This document shows, one piece after another, positions 8,604-16,964 of a stretch of 32,000 nt of DNA; the first letter of the stretch is position 1, and every line of letters begins with the position of its first letter. The DNA lies in contig NC_009925.1 in NCBI RefSeq assembly GCF_000018105.1, positions 570,001-602,000 on the forward strand, written 5' to 3'. A program made the position numbers and the translations under genes. This stretch comes from Acaryochloris marina MBIC11017. Its GTDB lineage: Bacteria > Cyanobacteriota > Cyanobacteriia > Thermosynechococcales > Thermosynechococcaceae. The notes under the pieces are model-generated. The model saw only the letters and a list, made by a program, of their open reading frames with translations, was not told the origin of the DNA and did not search any database.

Positions 8604-9626
8604 ATGACTTATCTTTTCCGTCGTTTGTCGATTGTGGGTTTGGGATTAGCAATCGCCAGTGGCTGCCCTTCCCTTCTGGCCCAGGGCCAACCGGCGTCTT
8701 CTCCCCAATCGTCTCAATCCGCCCAGGGCAATCCCCTATTTCAGATCCGCCAGAATGACAAGCTGGGGTTTATCAACCGTTCGGGCCAAATTGTGGTGTC
8801 GCCTCAGTATGACGATAGCCATGCTTTTTCTGAGGGGCTAGCGGTGGCTCAGCTTGGCGAAAAATACGGTTATGTCAACCCTCAGGGCCAATGGGTGATT
8901 AAGCCTCAATTTGAGTTGGCAGAAGATTTTTCTGAAGGCTTGGCTGCTGCCATGATCAACGATCAGCTGGGCTATATTAATGCTTCGGGCCAATGGGTGA
9001 TTAAACCCCAATTCTTTTTGGTGGGACCGTTTTCAGAAGGGATGGCGCGGGTCTTAATCGGTAAAAAATATGGCTTTATCAACCGTCAGGGGAAGGTGGT
9101 GATACCAGCGCAATATAATCTGGCTCACGATTTTTCCAATGGTCTTGCTAAAGTTCAACGCAATGGTCGGGTCGGGTTTATCAATAAAGCCGGGCAATCT
9201 GTTATTGCTCCCCAGTTTTATGAAGCCACTCCTTTTCGAGAGGGACTAGCAGCAGTGGAAACCAATCAAAAATGGCGTTATATCCAACCGAACGGCCAAT
9301 TTGCCCATGTAGCCCAATTTGATCGCGCCTGGGCGTTTAGCGAAGGCTTAGGGCTGGTTCGCATTGGCCTTAAATATGGCTTTGTCAATAAAGCTGGAAA
9401 AATCGTGATTGCCCCTAAGTTTGATCGAGCAGGCTCTTTCTCTGAAGGCAAGGCCTGGGTCACTGTCGCCAGCAAGCAGGGCTATATCAATAAAGCTGGG
9501 GCGTTTGTGATTTCCCCTCGATTTGATGAAGCGAGCAACTTTAAGCAGGGATTAGCTTTCGTTAAAACAGGAGGCCGAGAGGGATATGTCAATCCTTCGG
9601 GGCAAATTGTATGGCAAAGCCCTTGA
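8604..9626 (+). CDS. WG-repeat (KWG-type) protein with N-terminal signal peptide, possible lipoprotein
   Basis: MTYLFRRLSIVGLGLAIASGC resembles a lipoprotein signal peptide (imperfect lipobox ASGC). It is followed by about 8.5 tandem 34-aa units of the form K-YGFINxxGxxVIxPQFDxAxxFSEGLAxV. Confidence 0.85.
   Translation: MTYLFRRLSIVGLGLAIASGCPSLLAQGQPASSPQSSQSAQGNPLFQIRQNDKLGFINRSGQIVVSPQYDDSHAFSEGLAVAQLGEKYGYVNPQGQWVIKPQFELAEDFSEGLAAAMINDQLGYINASGQWVIKPQFFLVGPFSEGMARVLIGKKYGFINRQGKVVIPAQYNLAHDFSNGLAKVQRNGRVGFINKAGQSVIAPQFYEATPFREGLAAVETNQKWRYIQPNGQFAHVAQFDRAWAFSEGLGLVRIGLKYGFVNKAGKIVIAPKFDRAGSFSEGKAWVTVASKQGYINKAGAFVISPRFDEASNFKQGLAFVKTGGREGYVNPSGQIVWQSP
8736..9623 (+). repeat. Tandem 102-bp (34-codon) coding repeats of the WG-repeat gene
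   Basis: The periodicity is visible in the protein. At DNA level gggccaatgggtgattaa recurs exactly at 8885-8902 and 8987-9004, 102 bp apart. Confidence 0.75.
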
Positions 9627-9653
9627 ACACCAAACACGAATATACGCCTGAAC

Positions 9654-11450
9654 TCAGGAAAGAGGCTGTAAACCATAGAGCAGAATAATCAGCGGCGGAG
9701 TAATGAGCGCCATGAGCAGACTTAAGGGGCCGCCCACTCGCAGAAAATCGAGGAAGCGATACCCTCCCGTTCCGTAGACCATTGTGTTGGTTTGATAACC
9801 AATCGGGGTCATAAAGCTGTTCGAGGCTGCAAACGTGACGACAAACATAAAGGCAAAGGGGTTGTAGCCTAGCTCTTGGGCAACTTGGACTGCCACAGGC
9901 AATAGCAAAATAACCGTGGCGTTGTTGGAGAGAATCTCCGTCAGCAGTGCCGTGAGGACAAAAAACAGCGTGAGCAGCCAATAGCCGGATAATTGTCCCC
10001 CCACCGAAATTAATTGATCCGCTAACAGTTGGGTGGCGCCAGACTTTTTCATGGCAATGCCTAAGGGGAATAAGCCCGCGAGCAGGAATACCACATCCCA
10101 ACGAACCGCTCGATAGAGTTCACCTGGTTTTAGACAGCCCGTCAAGACCATTAGCATCACCCCAGCTAAGGCCGTGACGGCAATGGAAAACCGTTTGGTG
10201 CCGGCGACCCCCACGACCAGGAGACCAATTGCGATCGCAATCCACGCTTTGTCCCGGCGCAGGTTCTCAACATCCCGCTGTTCCATAACCAATAGGTCTT
10301 TGCTGGTCTGCAAACCCACTAAACTTTGCTTCGGTCCTTGCACCAATAGCAAGTCACCAAATCGGAGTCGTACCTTTCCTAACCGATCTCGGACTAACTC
10401 TTGCCCCCGTCGAATCGCCAACACCGTACAGTTGTAACGTTGGCGAAACCGCAAATCTTTAAGGGTCGAACCAATCAGGTTGGAATCCGCCAGTACCATG
10501 GCTTCAGCTGCCCCTTCTTCTGCACTTAAATCGGCTTGCCAGGATTTTTGGCCAAATTGCACATCTGGCAGAATTTCTAGACCCTGGCCATCCCGAATTT
10601 TTAACAGATCTTCCCGTCCCCCACGCACGAGCAAAATATCGCCAGCTGACAGGGTTTTGTCCGCTAGGGGCTGAGGGAAATGGTTGTCATCATGGATCAA
10701 CTCCAAAATGTCAACGTCATAAATTCGCTGGATCAAACTCGACTGAACGGTTTGCCCCACCAAACCTGACTGAGGGGTAATCACCACTTCACTGACATAG
10801 TCCTTCAGGCCATACCCTTGGCTCAGACTGGAAGAGGTCTTCCGATTAGGTAACAAACGATGGCCAATCGTGGCCATGTACACGAGCCCAGCGGTAAACG
10901 TACATAAACTCAGGGCCGTAAATTGGAAAATATCAAAAGAGCCTAAGCCTAGGTCAGACGATAAGCCACTGGCCAATACGCTGGTAGAGGTGCCCAGAAC
11001 GGTAATCATGCCCCCCAAAATTGTGATGTAAGACAGGGGAATCATCAATTTGGATACTGGAATGCGGCGTTGGCGACTCCAATCTTCGACAACGGGTAGG
11101 AAAACGGAGACAATCGCGACATTGTTAATGATGGCCGTAAATGGCCCGATGACAGCCCCCATAATCAGCATGTGTCGGGCGGGGCGTTTACCTCCCCATT
11201 TGAGCAAAAATTCGCTGGCCATTTGAATGGCTCCAGTCCGGGCAATGCCTGAACTAAGAATAAACATGGCCATTACGGTGATGGTGGCGGGATTACTGAA
11301 TCCTGATAACCCTTCTGCTGTGGTGACGAGTCCCAGCAGCATGAGGACGACCATAACGCAGATTGCTGTCAGATCTGGAGGTAACCATTCAAATACAAAA
11401 CAGAGTAATGTCAGTCCTGTCACCAAAAGGGTCTGAAAAATTGGCTCCAT
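9654..11450 (-). CDS. SLC13/DASS-type anion permease (ArsB/NhaD ion-transporter superfamily) with two central TrkA-C (RCK_C) domains
   Basis: 598 aa. Multi-TM halves flank two RCK_C-like segments (..VITPQSGLVGQTVQSS..GDILLVRGGREDL.. and ..VLADSNLIGSTLKDLRFRQRYNCTVLAIRRG..GDLLLVQGPKQSL..). The substrate cannot be inferred. Confidence 0.85.
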   Translation of the reverse strand: MEPIFQTLLVTGLTLLCFVFEWLPPDLTAICVMVVLMLLGLVTTAEGLSGFSNPATITVMAMFILSSGIARTGAIQMASEFLLKWGGKRPARHMLIMGAVIGPFTAIINNVAIVSVFLPVVEDWSRQRRIPVSKLMIPLSYITILGGMITVLGTSTSVLASGLSSDLGLGSFDIFQFTALSLCTFTAGLVYMATIGHRLLPNRKTSSSLSQGYGLKDYVSEVVITPQSGLVGQTVQSSLIQRIYDVDILELIHDDNHFPQPLADKTLSAGDILLVRGGREDLLKIRDGQGLEILPDVQFGQKSWQADLSAEEGAAEAMVLADSNLIGSTLKDLRFRQRYNCTVLAIRRGQELVRDRLGKVRLRFGDLLLVQGPKQSLVGLQTSKDLLVMEQRDVENLRRDKAWIAIAIGLLVVGVAGTKRFSIAVTALAGVMLMVLTGCLKPGELYRAVRWDVVFLLAGLFPLGIAMKKSGATQLLADQLISVGGQLSGYWLLTLFFVLTALLTEILSNNATVILLLPVAVQVAQELGYNPFAFMFVVTFAASNSFMTPIGYQTNTMVYGTGGYRFLDFLRVGGPLSLLMALITPPLIILLYGLQPLS

Positions 11451-11686
11451 AGAGGGACCGTCACTCCAAAAATCGCCGAAGTTGGGGGTTTGCCATCAAA
11501 CTTAAACCGCGAACTGGCCCATGCTTACGGTAGGTTCGCAAATGGTGAGTCAGGTGAGATTATCACAAACTTAAGGGTGATGGCTAGTAATGGGTAGAAT
11601 AGCAGCCCTAACTACAGATGACTAGATAACTATTTCTAAGTCATGACGGGTTCTAGACCATGACTAGGTCAGGATACTAATCTCAC

Positions 11687-12088
11687 CTAAGGGCTGACAG
11701 TCTCGACTAATGTTTTGACATGCTGCCTGACCTGATCGCGGATGGTGCGAAAGACTTCAATCGATTGACCCGCAGGATCGTCTAGTTGCCAATCTGCAAA
11801 TATCGGTCGAGTTACCCACGCCTCTGGTAGATTCACCCCACAACCGCATAAAGAAATGACGGCCTCAAAATCCTCTGGCTTAAATTCAGTTAAGGCGTTA
11901 GAGGTGTGATTGCTAATGTCGATGCCTTCTTCTTGCATCACTTGAATGGTAAGGGGATCGACTTGACTTCCGTCTAATCCTGCACTAGCCACTTCTAGCT
12001 TGTCTCCTGCCATTGATCGGGCATAACCCTCAGCCATGTGGGAACGGCGCGAATTATGCTTACAAACAAACATGATGCGTTTCATCAT
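11687..12088 (-). CDS. arsC: Arsenate reductase, LMW-PTPase-like (Synechocystis-type, three-Cys)
   Basis: IMFVCKHNSRRSHMAEG is a CX5R P-loop, and VISLCGCGVNLPEAW carries the Cys-x-Cys pair typical of the Synechocystis ArsC class. A GGGAG SD precedes the ATG, 19 nt after the acr3 stop. Confidence 0.85.
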   Translation of the reverse strand: MMKRIMFVCKHNSRRSHMAEGYARSMAGDKLEVASAGLDGSQVDPLTIQVMQEEGIDISNHTSNALTEFKPEDFEAVISLCGCGVNLPEAWVTRPIFADWQLDDPAGQSIEVFRTIRDQVRQHVKTLVETVSP

Positions 12089-12107
12089 TTACTCCCAGGA
12101 ATGTGAA

Positions 12108-13259
12108 TTAAGCCAAAGGACGAGAACAACGAGGATCTAAAAGCGTCGCTTTTTCAGGATCTCTGGGGAACCAAAAAGCCGTGCGCTTACAGACCTCAAC
12201 CAAAGCCAGCATAACGGGGACTTCGATCAGAACTCCAACCACTGTGGCTAGGGCTGCCCCCGAATTTAGTCCGAATAGCATCACAGCGGTGGCAATGGCG
12301 ACCTCAAAGTGATTGCTGGCTCCAATCAGCGCTGCTGGGGCTGCATCCTCATAGGTTAATCCCAACTTTTGAGCGATGACATAGGTTATGAGAAAGATAA
12401 AGTTCGTTTGTAAAAAGAGTGGAACTGCAATCAGAACAATATGTAGCGGGTTGTTCACGATTAATTCCCCTTTGAGGGCGAACAATAGCACCAAGGTCAC
12501 CAAAAGGGCGATCACGGCCATGGGACTGAGTCTTTTGAGAAAAACTTGTTCGAACCACTGTTGACCTTGGTGCTTCAGAATCCAGTGTCGAGAACTCATG
12601 CCCGCGATTAAAGGTAAGCCGACATAGATCAATACAGATAGCACGATGGTCTGCCAAGGCACGTCTAAATCATTGGCTGCTAATAGCCAACGTCCCAATG
12701 GGGCGTACAAAAAAAGCATGGCTAGAGAATTGACGGCAACCATTACTAAGGTATGTCCCTGATTGCTGTAGGACAGATATCCCCACATCAAGACCATGGC
12801 TGTGCAGGGGGCAATCCCTAATAAAATAGCGCCAGCAATGTAGGAATTGGCTAAGGTTATATCACTCCCGCGAACAAGTTCAGTCCCTTGCAGGAGTGGG
12901 GCAAAGAGCTGTCCTAGAAAGAACTGCGCAAATATAACCATGGTGAAGGGTTTGACGAGCCAATTGATGCCAAGGGTTAATAGCACTGGTTTTGGGGTGC
13001 GAGCTGCTCGGCGAGCTTGGCTAAAATCAATCTTGACCATGATGGGATACATCATAAAAAAGAGACACACCGCAATGGGGATAGAGACCTGGTGAATACT
13101 GGCAGCATTTAGGCTCACTGCAATTCCAGGGGCAATGCGTCCCAAAAGAATCCCCACACCAATGCATAGACCGACCCACAGGGTGAGGTAGCGTTCAAAG
13201 ACATTAAGCTGGCCCCCTGCCTGGACTGGTGGGGGAAATCGAGTTTTTTGAGTGGTCAT
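12108..13259 (-). CDS. acr3: Arsenite efflux permease, ACR3 family
   Basis: 383 aa, about 10 TM segments. [20 protein letters not shown] and [14 protein letters not shown] (conserved Cys in TM4) are ACR3 hallmarks. Immediately followed by arsC. Confidence 0.9.
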   Translation of the reverse strand: MTTQKTRFPPPVQAGGQLNVFERYLTLWVGLCIGVGILLGRIAPGIAVSLNAASIHQVSIPIAVCLFFMMYPIMVKIDFSQARRAARTPKPVLLTLGINWLVKPFTMVIFAQFFLGQLFAPLLQGTELVRGSDITLANSYIAGAILLGIAPCTAMVLMWGYLSYSNQGHTLVMVAVNSLAMLFLYAPLGRWLLAANDLDVPWQTIVLSVLIYVGLPLIAGMSSRHWILKHQGQQWFEQVFLKRLSPMAVIALLVTLVLLFALKGELIVNNPLHIVLIAVPLFLQTNFIFLITYVIAQKLGLTYEDAAPAALIGASNHFEVAIATAVMLFGLNSGAALATVVGVLIEVPVMLALVEVCKRTAFWFPRDPEKATLLDPRCSRPLA

Positions 13260-13319
13260 GACGGGTGAAGTGTTCTAGAAATAGCTCAACTTGGAAAATT
13301 TTTAAGAATCAAAAACGAT

Positions 13320-13736
13320 CTAACTTTTGCCTACGGATATTTCTTCTGCCAAGACGCCGCAATCCGTATGAATTTTCTGCTGGCTGAGTTGCTCTTCACA
13401 TCGATGAATCAGAGGCAGTAATTCTGCTTTCAGTTCTTGTAGCTGAGTAATTTTGATTTCGATCTGTTCAAGTTTTTTGCGTAACCGTTCGTGAATGTCA
13501 CAGCAAGTCAAGGTATTCCCGGCTTGTAATTGCAAGATCTCTTTAATTTCATCTAGGGTCAGCCCAAGGGTTTTAGCCCGCTCGATGAGGGATAAACGGG
13601 CCAAATCTTGATCATTGAAGACTCGATAGCCTGAGTCATTTCTTTCAGGGGCAGGAATGAGGCCAATCCGCTCATAGTAGTAGAGGGTCTGGGGGTTGAG
13701 ACCAAAGGTGCGAGCAACATCGCTAACACGGTTCAT
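13320..13736 (-). CDS. MerR-family transcriptional regulator, heavy-metal-responsive-like (Cys78, Cys79, Cys113, Cys126)
   Basis: The N-terminal wHTH MNRVSDVARTFGLNPQTLYYYERIGLIPAPERNDSGYRVFNDQDLARLSLI is canonical MerR. A long coiled-coil helix is flanked by TLTCCDIHERL and by IHRCEEQLSQQKIHTDCG. Confidence 0.9.
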   Translation of the reverse strand: MNRVSDVARTFGLNPQTLYYYERIGLIPAPERNDSGYRVFNDQDLARLSLIERAKTLGLTLDEIKEILQLQAGNTLTCCDIHERLRKKLEQIEIKITQLQELKAELLPLIHRCEEQLSQQKIHTDCGVLAEEISVGKS

Positions 13737-13764
13737 GATGGCGATAGGGATTTACACTGACTGC

Positions 13765-13796
13765 ATCATAAACCTTGTATCTGGGTATAAGGTCAA
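13765..13796 (-). promoter_or_regulatory. MerR-class promoter/operator upstream of the merR-like gene
   Basis: The minus strand reads cTTGACCttatacccagatacaaggttTATGATgc. The -35 is TTGACC (13796-13791) and the -10 is TATGAT (13770-13765). The spacer is 20 nt, or 19 nt if the -10 is read as TTATGA. A 22-bp imperfect dyad ACCTTATACCC/AGATACAAGGT (13793-13772) is symmetric at 8 of 11 positions. The -10 lies about 29 nt upstream of the ATG at 13736. Confidence 0.55.
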
Positions 13797-13920
13797 GGGG
13801 GAATATGCTTGTTTGAATATGAGCCAATTTAGTTGTGCTGTGGGCTGAAATTCGTTTATTAGTGGTTTATGGTATGGATGTTGCGGGGCTAGAGGCGTTT
13901 TTCTGAAGTGGATAGTTAGT

Positions 13921-14637
13921 CTAGACCCGATAGTAGGAAGCAACGCCGGGTTGTCCTGTGGCATTTGGACCAGCACGGTCGTCGGCCCCTAAGTACTCAA
14001 AGGGGGAACTGAGCATTGCAGAGCCAGCTTTCTGAAGGACTCCAGATTGACGGTCGAACTCAAATCCTGAAGTTTGGAACCAGTTGGTTAGTTTTTTCGT
14101 GAATGCAGTCCCGTCTTGATTGAGAACGTGGTTGAGATCCAAGTTGGCGAGGAAAATGCCATTGGAGTTTAACCAAGAAACGGCTTTGGTGATCAAGCCA
14201 AGTTTGTCGCCGATGTAATGCAGTCCATAAATGCAGGTGACTAAATCGTACCGTTGGGTTGTGGTCCAGGTGTGAAGAGAAGAGACCGTCAACGTAATGG
14301 CAGGATACTGTGTGGACCTTGGATCGAAATGATCAACAAGATCAACGCCGTGAAGGGTTAGGTCATTTGTGCCGAATGCGATCGCAGCATCGATAAGGGC
14401 TCTACCACGCCCACAGCAGAGGTCGAGCCATGCTGCTTCGCCCTTCTCCTTGAGTCGGTTTTCTAATACAGTTGCTGGGTTGAGATCAAATTCTTTGCCA
14501 TAGGAGTTATCGCCCATCAGTGCCCTGTTGCGGTTCATCGTGATATTGGCAACGATATCTGACTGCTCAAGCGCTTTGTGGTCTTTCAGCTTGCTTCTAG
14601 GGTGATTAAATTCAGAATCTGTATTGTTCAAAGTCAT
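13921..14637 (-). CDS. Class I SAM-dependent methyltransferase
   Basis: Motif I is AWLDLCCGRGRALIDAA. The post-II/III region is YDLVTCIYGLHYIGD...LNSNGIFL. The ORF extends to 14763, but the ATG at 14637 (MTLNNTDSEF...) leaves a sensible divergent intergenic region with glyS. The start is uncertain. Confidence 0.8.
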   Translation of the reverse strand: MTLNNTDSEFNHPRSKLKDHKALEQSDIVANITMNRNRALMGDNSYGKEFDLNPATVLENRLKEKGEAAWLDLCCGRGRALIDAAIAFGTNDLTLHGVDLVDHFDPRSTQYPAITLTVSSLHTWTTTQRYDLVTCIYGLHYIGDKLGLITKAVSWLNSNGIFLANLDLNHVLNQDGTAFTKKLTNWFQTSGFEFDRQSGVLQKAGSAMLSSPFEYLGADDRAGPNATGQPGVASYYRV

Positions 14638-14793
14638 CCTGATCTTATCGACGATGGGCAAGGTTGGAAAATGAATCCTTGCCCTGGGGCGTTCTTGCCT
14701 AAACCTCTTCCCATTTTGCTGTAGTCCCACGATAGACTGTGTAAGCAAACCTTTGGTCTGCATATATTCGGCAATATTCCAGCGGGGTCGGTG

Positions 14794-16932
14794 ATGGCGA
14801 CGTTTTTATTAGAAGTAGGGACAGAAGAGTTGCCCGCAAGTTTTGTGGAGTCGGCGATTCAGCAATGGCGATCGCACATCCCAAACAGCCTAGAGGAACA
14901 CCTGCTCACCCCCCAATCTCTGAAGGTTTACGGCACCCCTCGACGACTGGCTATTTTGGCAGAAGGCCTGCCAGACCAGCAGCCGGACCAAACGGTCGAA
15001 GTCAAAGGTCCCCCAGCAAAAGCTGCGTTTAAGGATGGCAAACCCACCAAAGCGGCTGAAGGATTTGCCCGCAAACAGGGGGTTGAGATTAAAGATTTTG
15101 AGCTGCGCGATACGGAAAAAGGCGAATTTATTTTTGTTCAGAAAACGACTCTGGGTAAACCGGCGGTTGATGTTTTAGCCGACCTAATCCCCACCTGGAT
15201 TTTTAGCCTAGAAGGCAAGCGGTTTATGCGTTGGAGCGATGGCGAGGTAAAGTTCTCCCGCCCCATTCGCTGGTTGGTCTCGTTGCTGGACGACCATCTT
15301 ATACCTATTAAATTGGAGAATTCAACAGGTACGATATCCAGCGATCGCACTTCTTCAGGCCATCGAGTTCTGCATCCAGACCCAGTAACGATTAAGCATC
15401 CCCAAGACTATGTGGCGACCTTAGAAAAGGCTTCCGTTCAGGTGGATCCAGAGCAGCGTCAAACCCTGATCAAAGAACAGGTTCACGCCTGTGCTAAGGC
15501 CGTTAAAGGTAAGGCCGTTATTTCTGAAGATCTGCTGGCGGAAGTCACCTATTTAGTGGAATGGCCGACGGCCGTGGTGGGAGGTTTTGAGTCAGAATTT
15601 TTGGAACTGCCTGCTGAGGTGATTACAACGGAGATGGTCAGCCATCAGCGCTATTTCCCGGTGGAGGCCCCCAAGGGCGCGAAGCTCTTGCCCCACTTCA
15701 TTACTATTTCCAATGGTGATCCAGCCAAATCAGACATTATTTCATCGGGCAATGAACGGGTGATTCGGGCTCGATTAGCCGATGGTCAGTTCTTCTATAA
15801 GGCTGACCAGGCCATGCCCTTAGCAGAGTATTTGCCCAAGCTAGAGACGGTTACCTTCCAAGAAGATTTGGGGTCTGTTCGGGCCAAGGTGGATCGCATC
15901 CAGGCCAATGCCCTGTGGGTTGCAAAACAACTCCAGCTCGATCAGAAGGTGACTCAGCAAGTCGAGCGGGCAGCCCAGCTTTGTAAGGCGGATCTCGTAA
16001 CCCAAATGGTGGGCGAGTTTCCAGAACTGCAGGGGGTGATGGGGGAGAAATATGCGATCGCAAGTGGTGAACCCACCGAGATTGCCACTGCCATCGTCGA
16101 GCATTACCTGCCCAAAGGGGCCAATGACCAGCTTCCACAGACCCTGGTGGGGCAAATTGTTGGTATTGCCGATCGTCTGGATACCCTGGTCAGTATTTTT
16201 GGTCTGGGGATGATACCCACAGGGTCTTCTGACCCCTTTGCCCTGCGCCGAGCAGCCAACGCCATTCTCAATATTGTCTGGGCTGCCAATCTAGATCTCA
16301 ATCTAGACCAACTCCTGACCGAAACGACTGCTGCCTTTGCTCAGACCTTTGCTAAATTTCAGCCTGAGGTCCAACAGCTTCGAGACTTCTTTGGTCAGCG
16401 TCTCCGTAGCCTCCTGCAAGATGAGCAGACTATTGACTATGACTTGGTCAATGCCGTTTTAGGAGAAAAGGGCGAGCATACTCAGCGAGTCCTAGTGGAT
16501 GTGTTAGATGGACGCGATCGCGCCCAGTATCTGCAGACGATTCGCACCAACGGCACCTTGGATACGATCTATGAAACCGTCAATCGAGCTGCTCGCCTAG
16601 CTACCAAAGGAGATCTAGCCTCAGATGTACTGGATCCGAAGGGAGTAGTTCAGCCAAAGCTGTTTGAACAGTCTTCTGAGCAGGTCTTTTATGATGGCTT
16701 ACTCACCCTTTTACCTCAAACACAAGCGGCCCAGTCTTCGCGAGACTATCAAAAGCTGGTTCAAGGCTTAACCAAAATTGCTCCATCCGTTAGCCAATTT
16801 TTTGATGGCGACGATAGTGTCTTAGTAATAGCGGAAGATGCCGATTTACGAGCGAATCGCTTAAATTTACTAGGTCTATTACGAAATCACGCCCTCGTGC
16901 TCGGGGACTTCGGTGCGATTGTCAAAAGCTAG
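14794..16932 (+). CDS. glyS: Glycine--tRNA ligase beta subunit
   Basis: [18 protein letters not shown]..., ..TPRRLAIL.., ..SHQRYFPV.., ..[13 protein letters not shown].. are typical GlyS blocks. ATG at 14794; the track uses the GTG at 14791. Confidence 0.95.
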   Translation: MATFLLEVGTEELPASFVESAIQQWRSHIPNSLEEHLLTPQSLKVYGTPRRLAILAEGLPDQQPDQTVEVKGPPAKAAFKDGKPTKAAEGFARKQGVEIKDFELRDTEKGEFIFVQKTTLGKPAVDVLADLIPTWIFSLEGKRFMRWSDGEVKFSRPIRWLVSLLDDHLIPIKLENSTGTISSDRTSSGHRVLHPDPVTIKHPQDYVATLEKASVQVDPEQRQTLIKEQVHACAKAVKGKAVISEDLLAEVTYLVEWPTAVVGGFESEFLELPAEVITTEMVSHQRYFPVEAPKGAKLLPHFITISNGDPAKSDIISSGNERVIRARLADGQFFYKADQAMPLAEYLPKLETVTFQEDLGSVRAKVDRIQANALWVAKQLQLDQKVTQQVERAAQLCKADLVTQMVGEFPELQGVMGEKYAIASGEPTEIATAIVEHYLPKGANDQLPQTLVGQIVGIADRLDTLVSIFGLGMIPTGSSDPFALRRAANAILNIVWAANLDLNLDQLLTETTAAFAQTFAKFQPEVQQLRDFFGQRLRSLLQDEQTIDYDLVNAVLGEKGEHTQRVLVDVLDGRDRAQYLQTIRTNGTLDTIYETVNRAARLATKGDLASDVLDPKGVVQPKLFEQSSEQVFYDGLLTLLPQTQAAQSSRDYQKLVQGLTKIAPSVSQFFDGDDSVLVIAEDADLRANRLNLLGLLRNHALVLGDFGAIVKS

Positions 16933-16964
16933 AATATAGAAGAACGCACAGTGCCTTTGCCTCC

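Noticed and set aside
9589-10101. A 170-aa minus-strand ORF overlapping the 3' part of the SLC13 permease gene. Similar internal or antisense ORFs occur elsewhere (10174-10437+, 10480-10674+, 11227-11436+, 12349-12657-, 12847-13095+).
   Set aside because: These are alternative frames of clearly homologous transporter genes. They have Cys/Arg/Ser-rich compositions and no motifs.
13752-13976. A 74-aa minus-strand ORF spanning the methyltransferase stop and the MerR promoter.
   Set aside because: It overlaps the 3' end of the methyltransferase gene and the -35/-10/dyad region. It has no SD and no recognisable motif, so the regulatory reading explains this DNA better.
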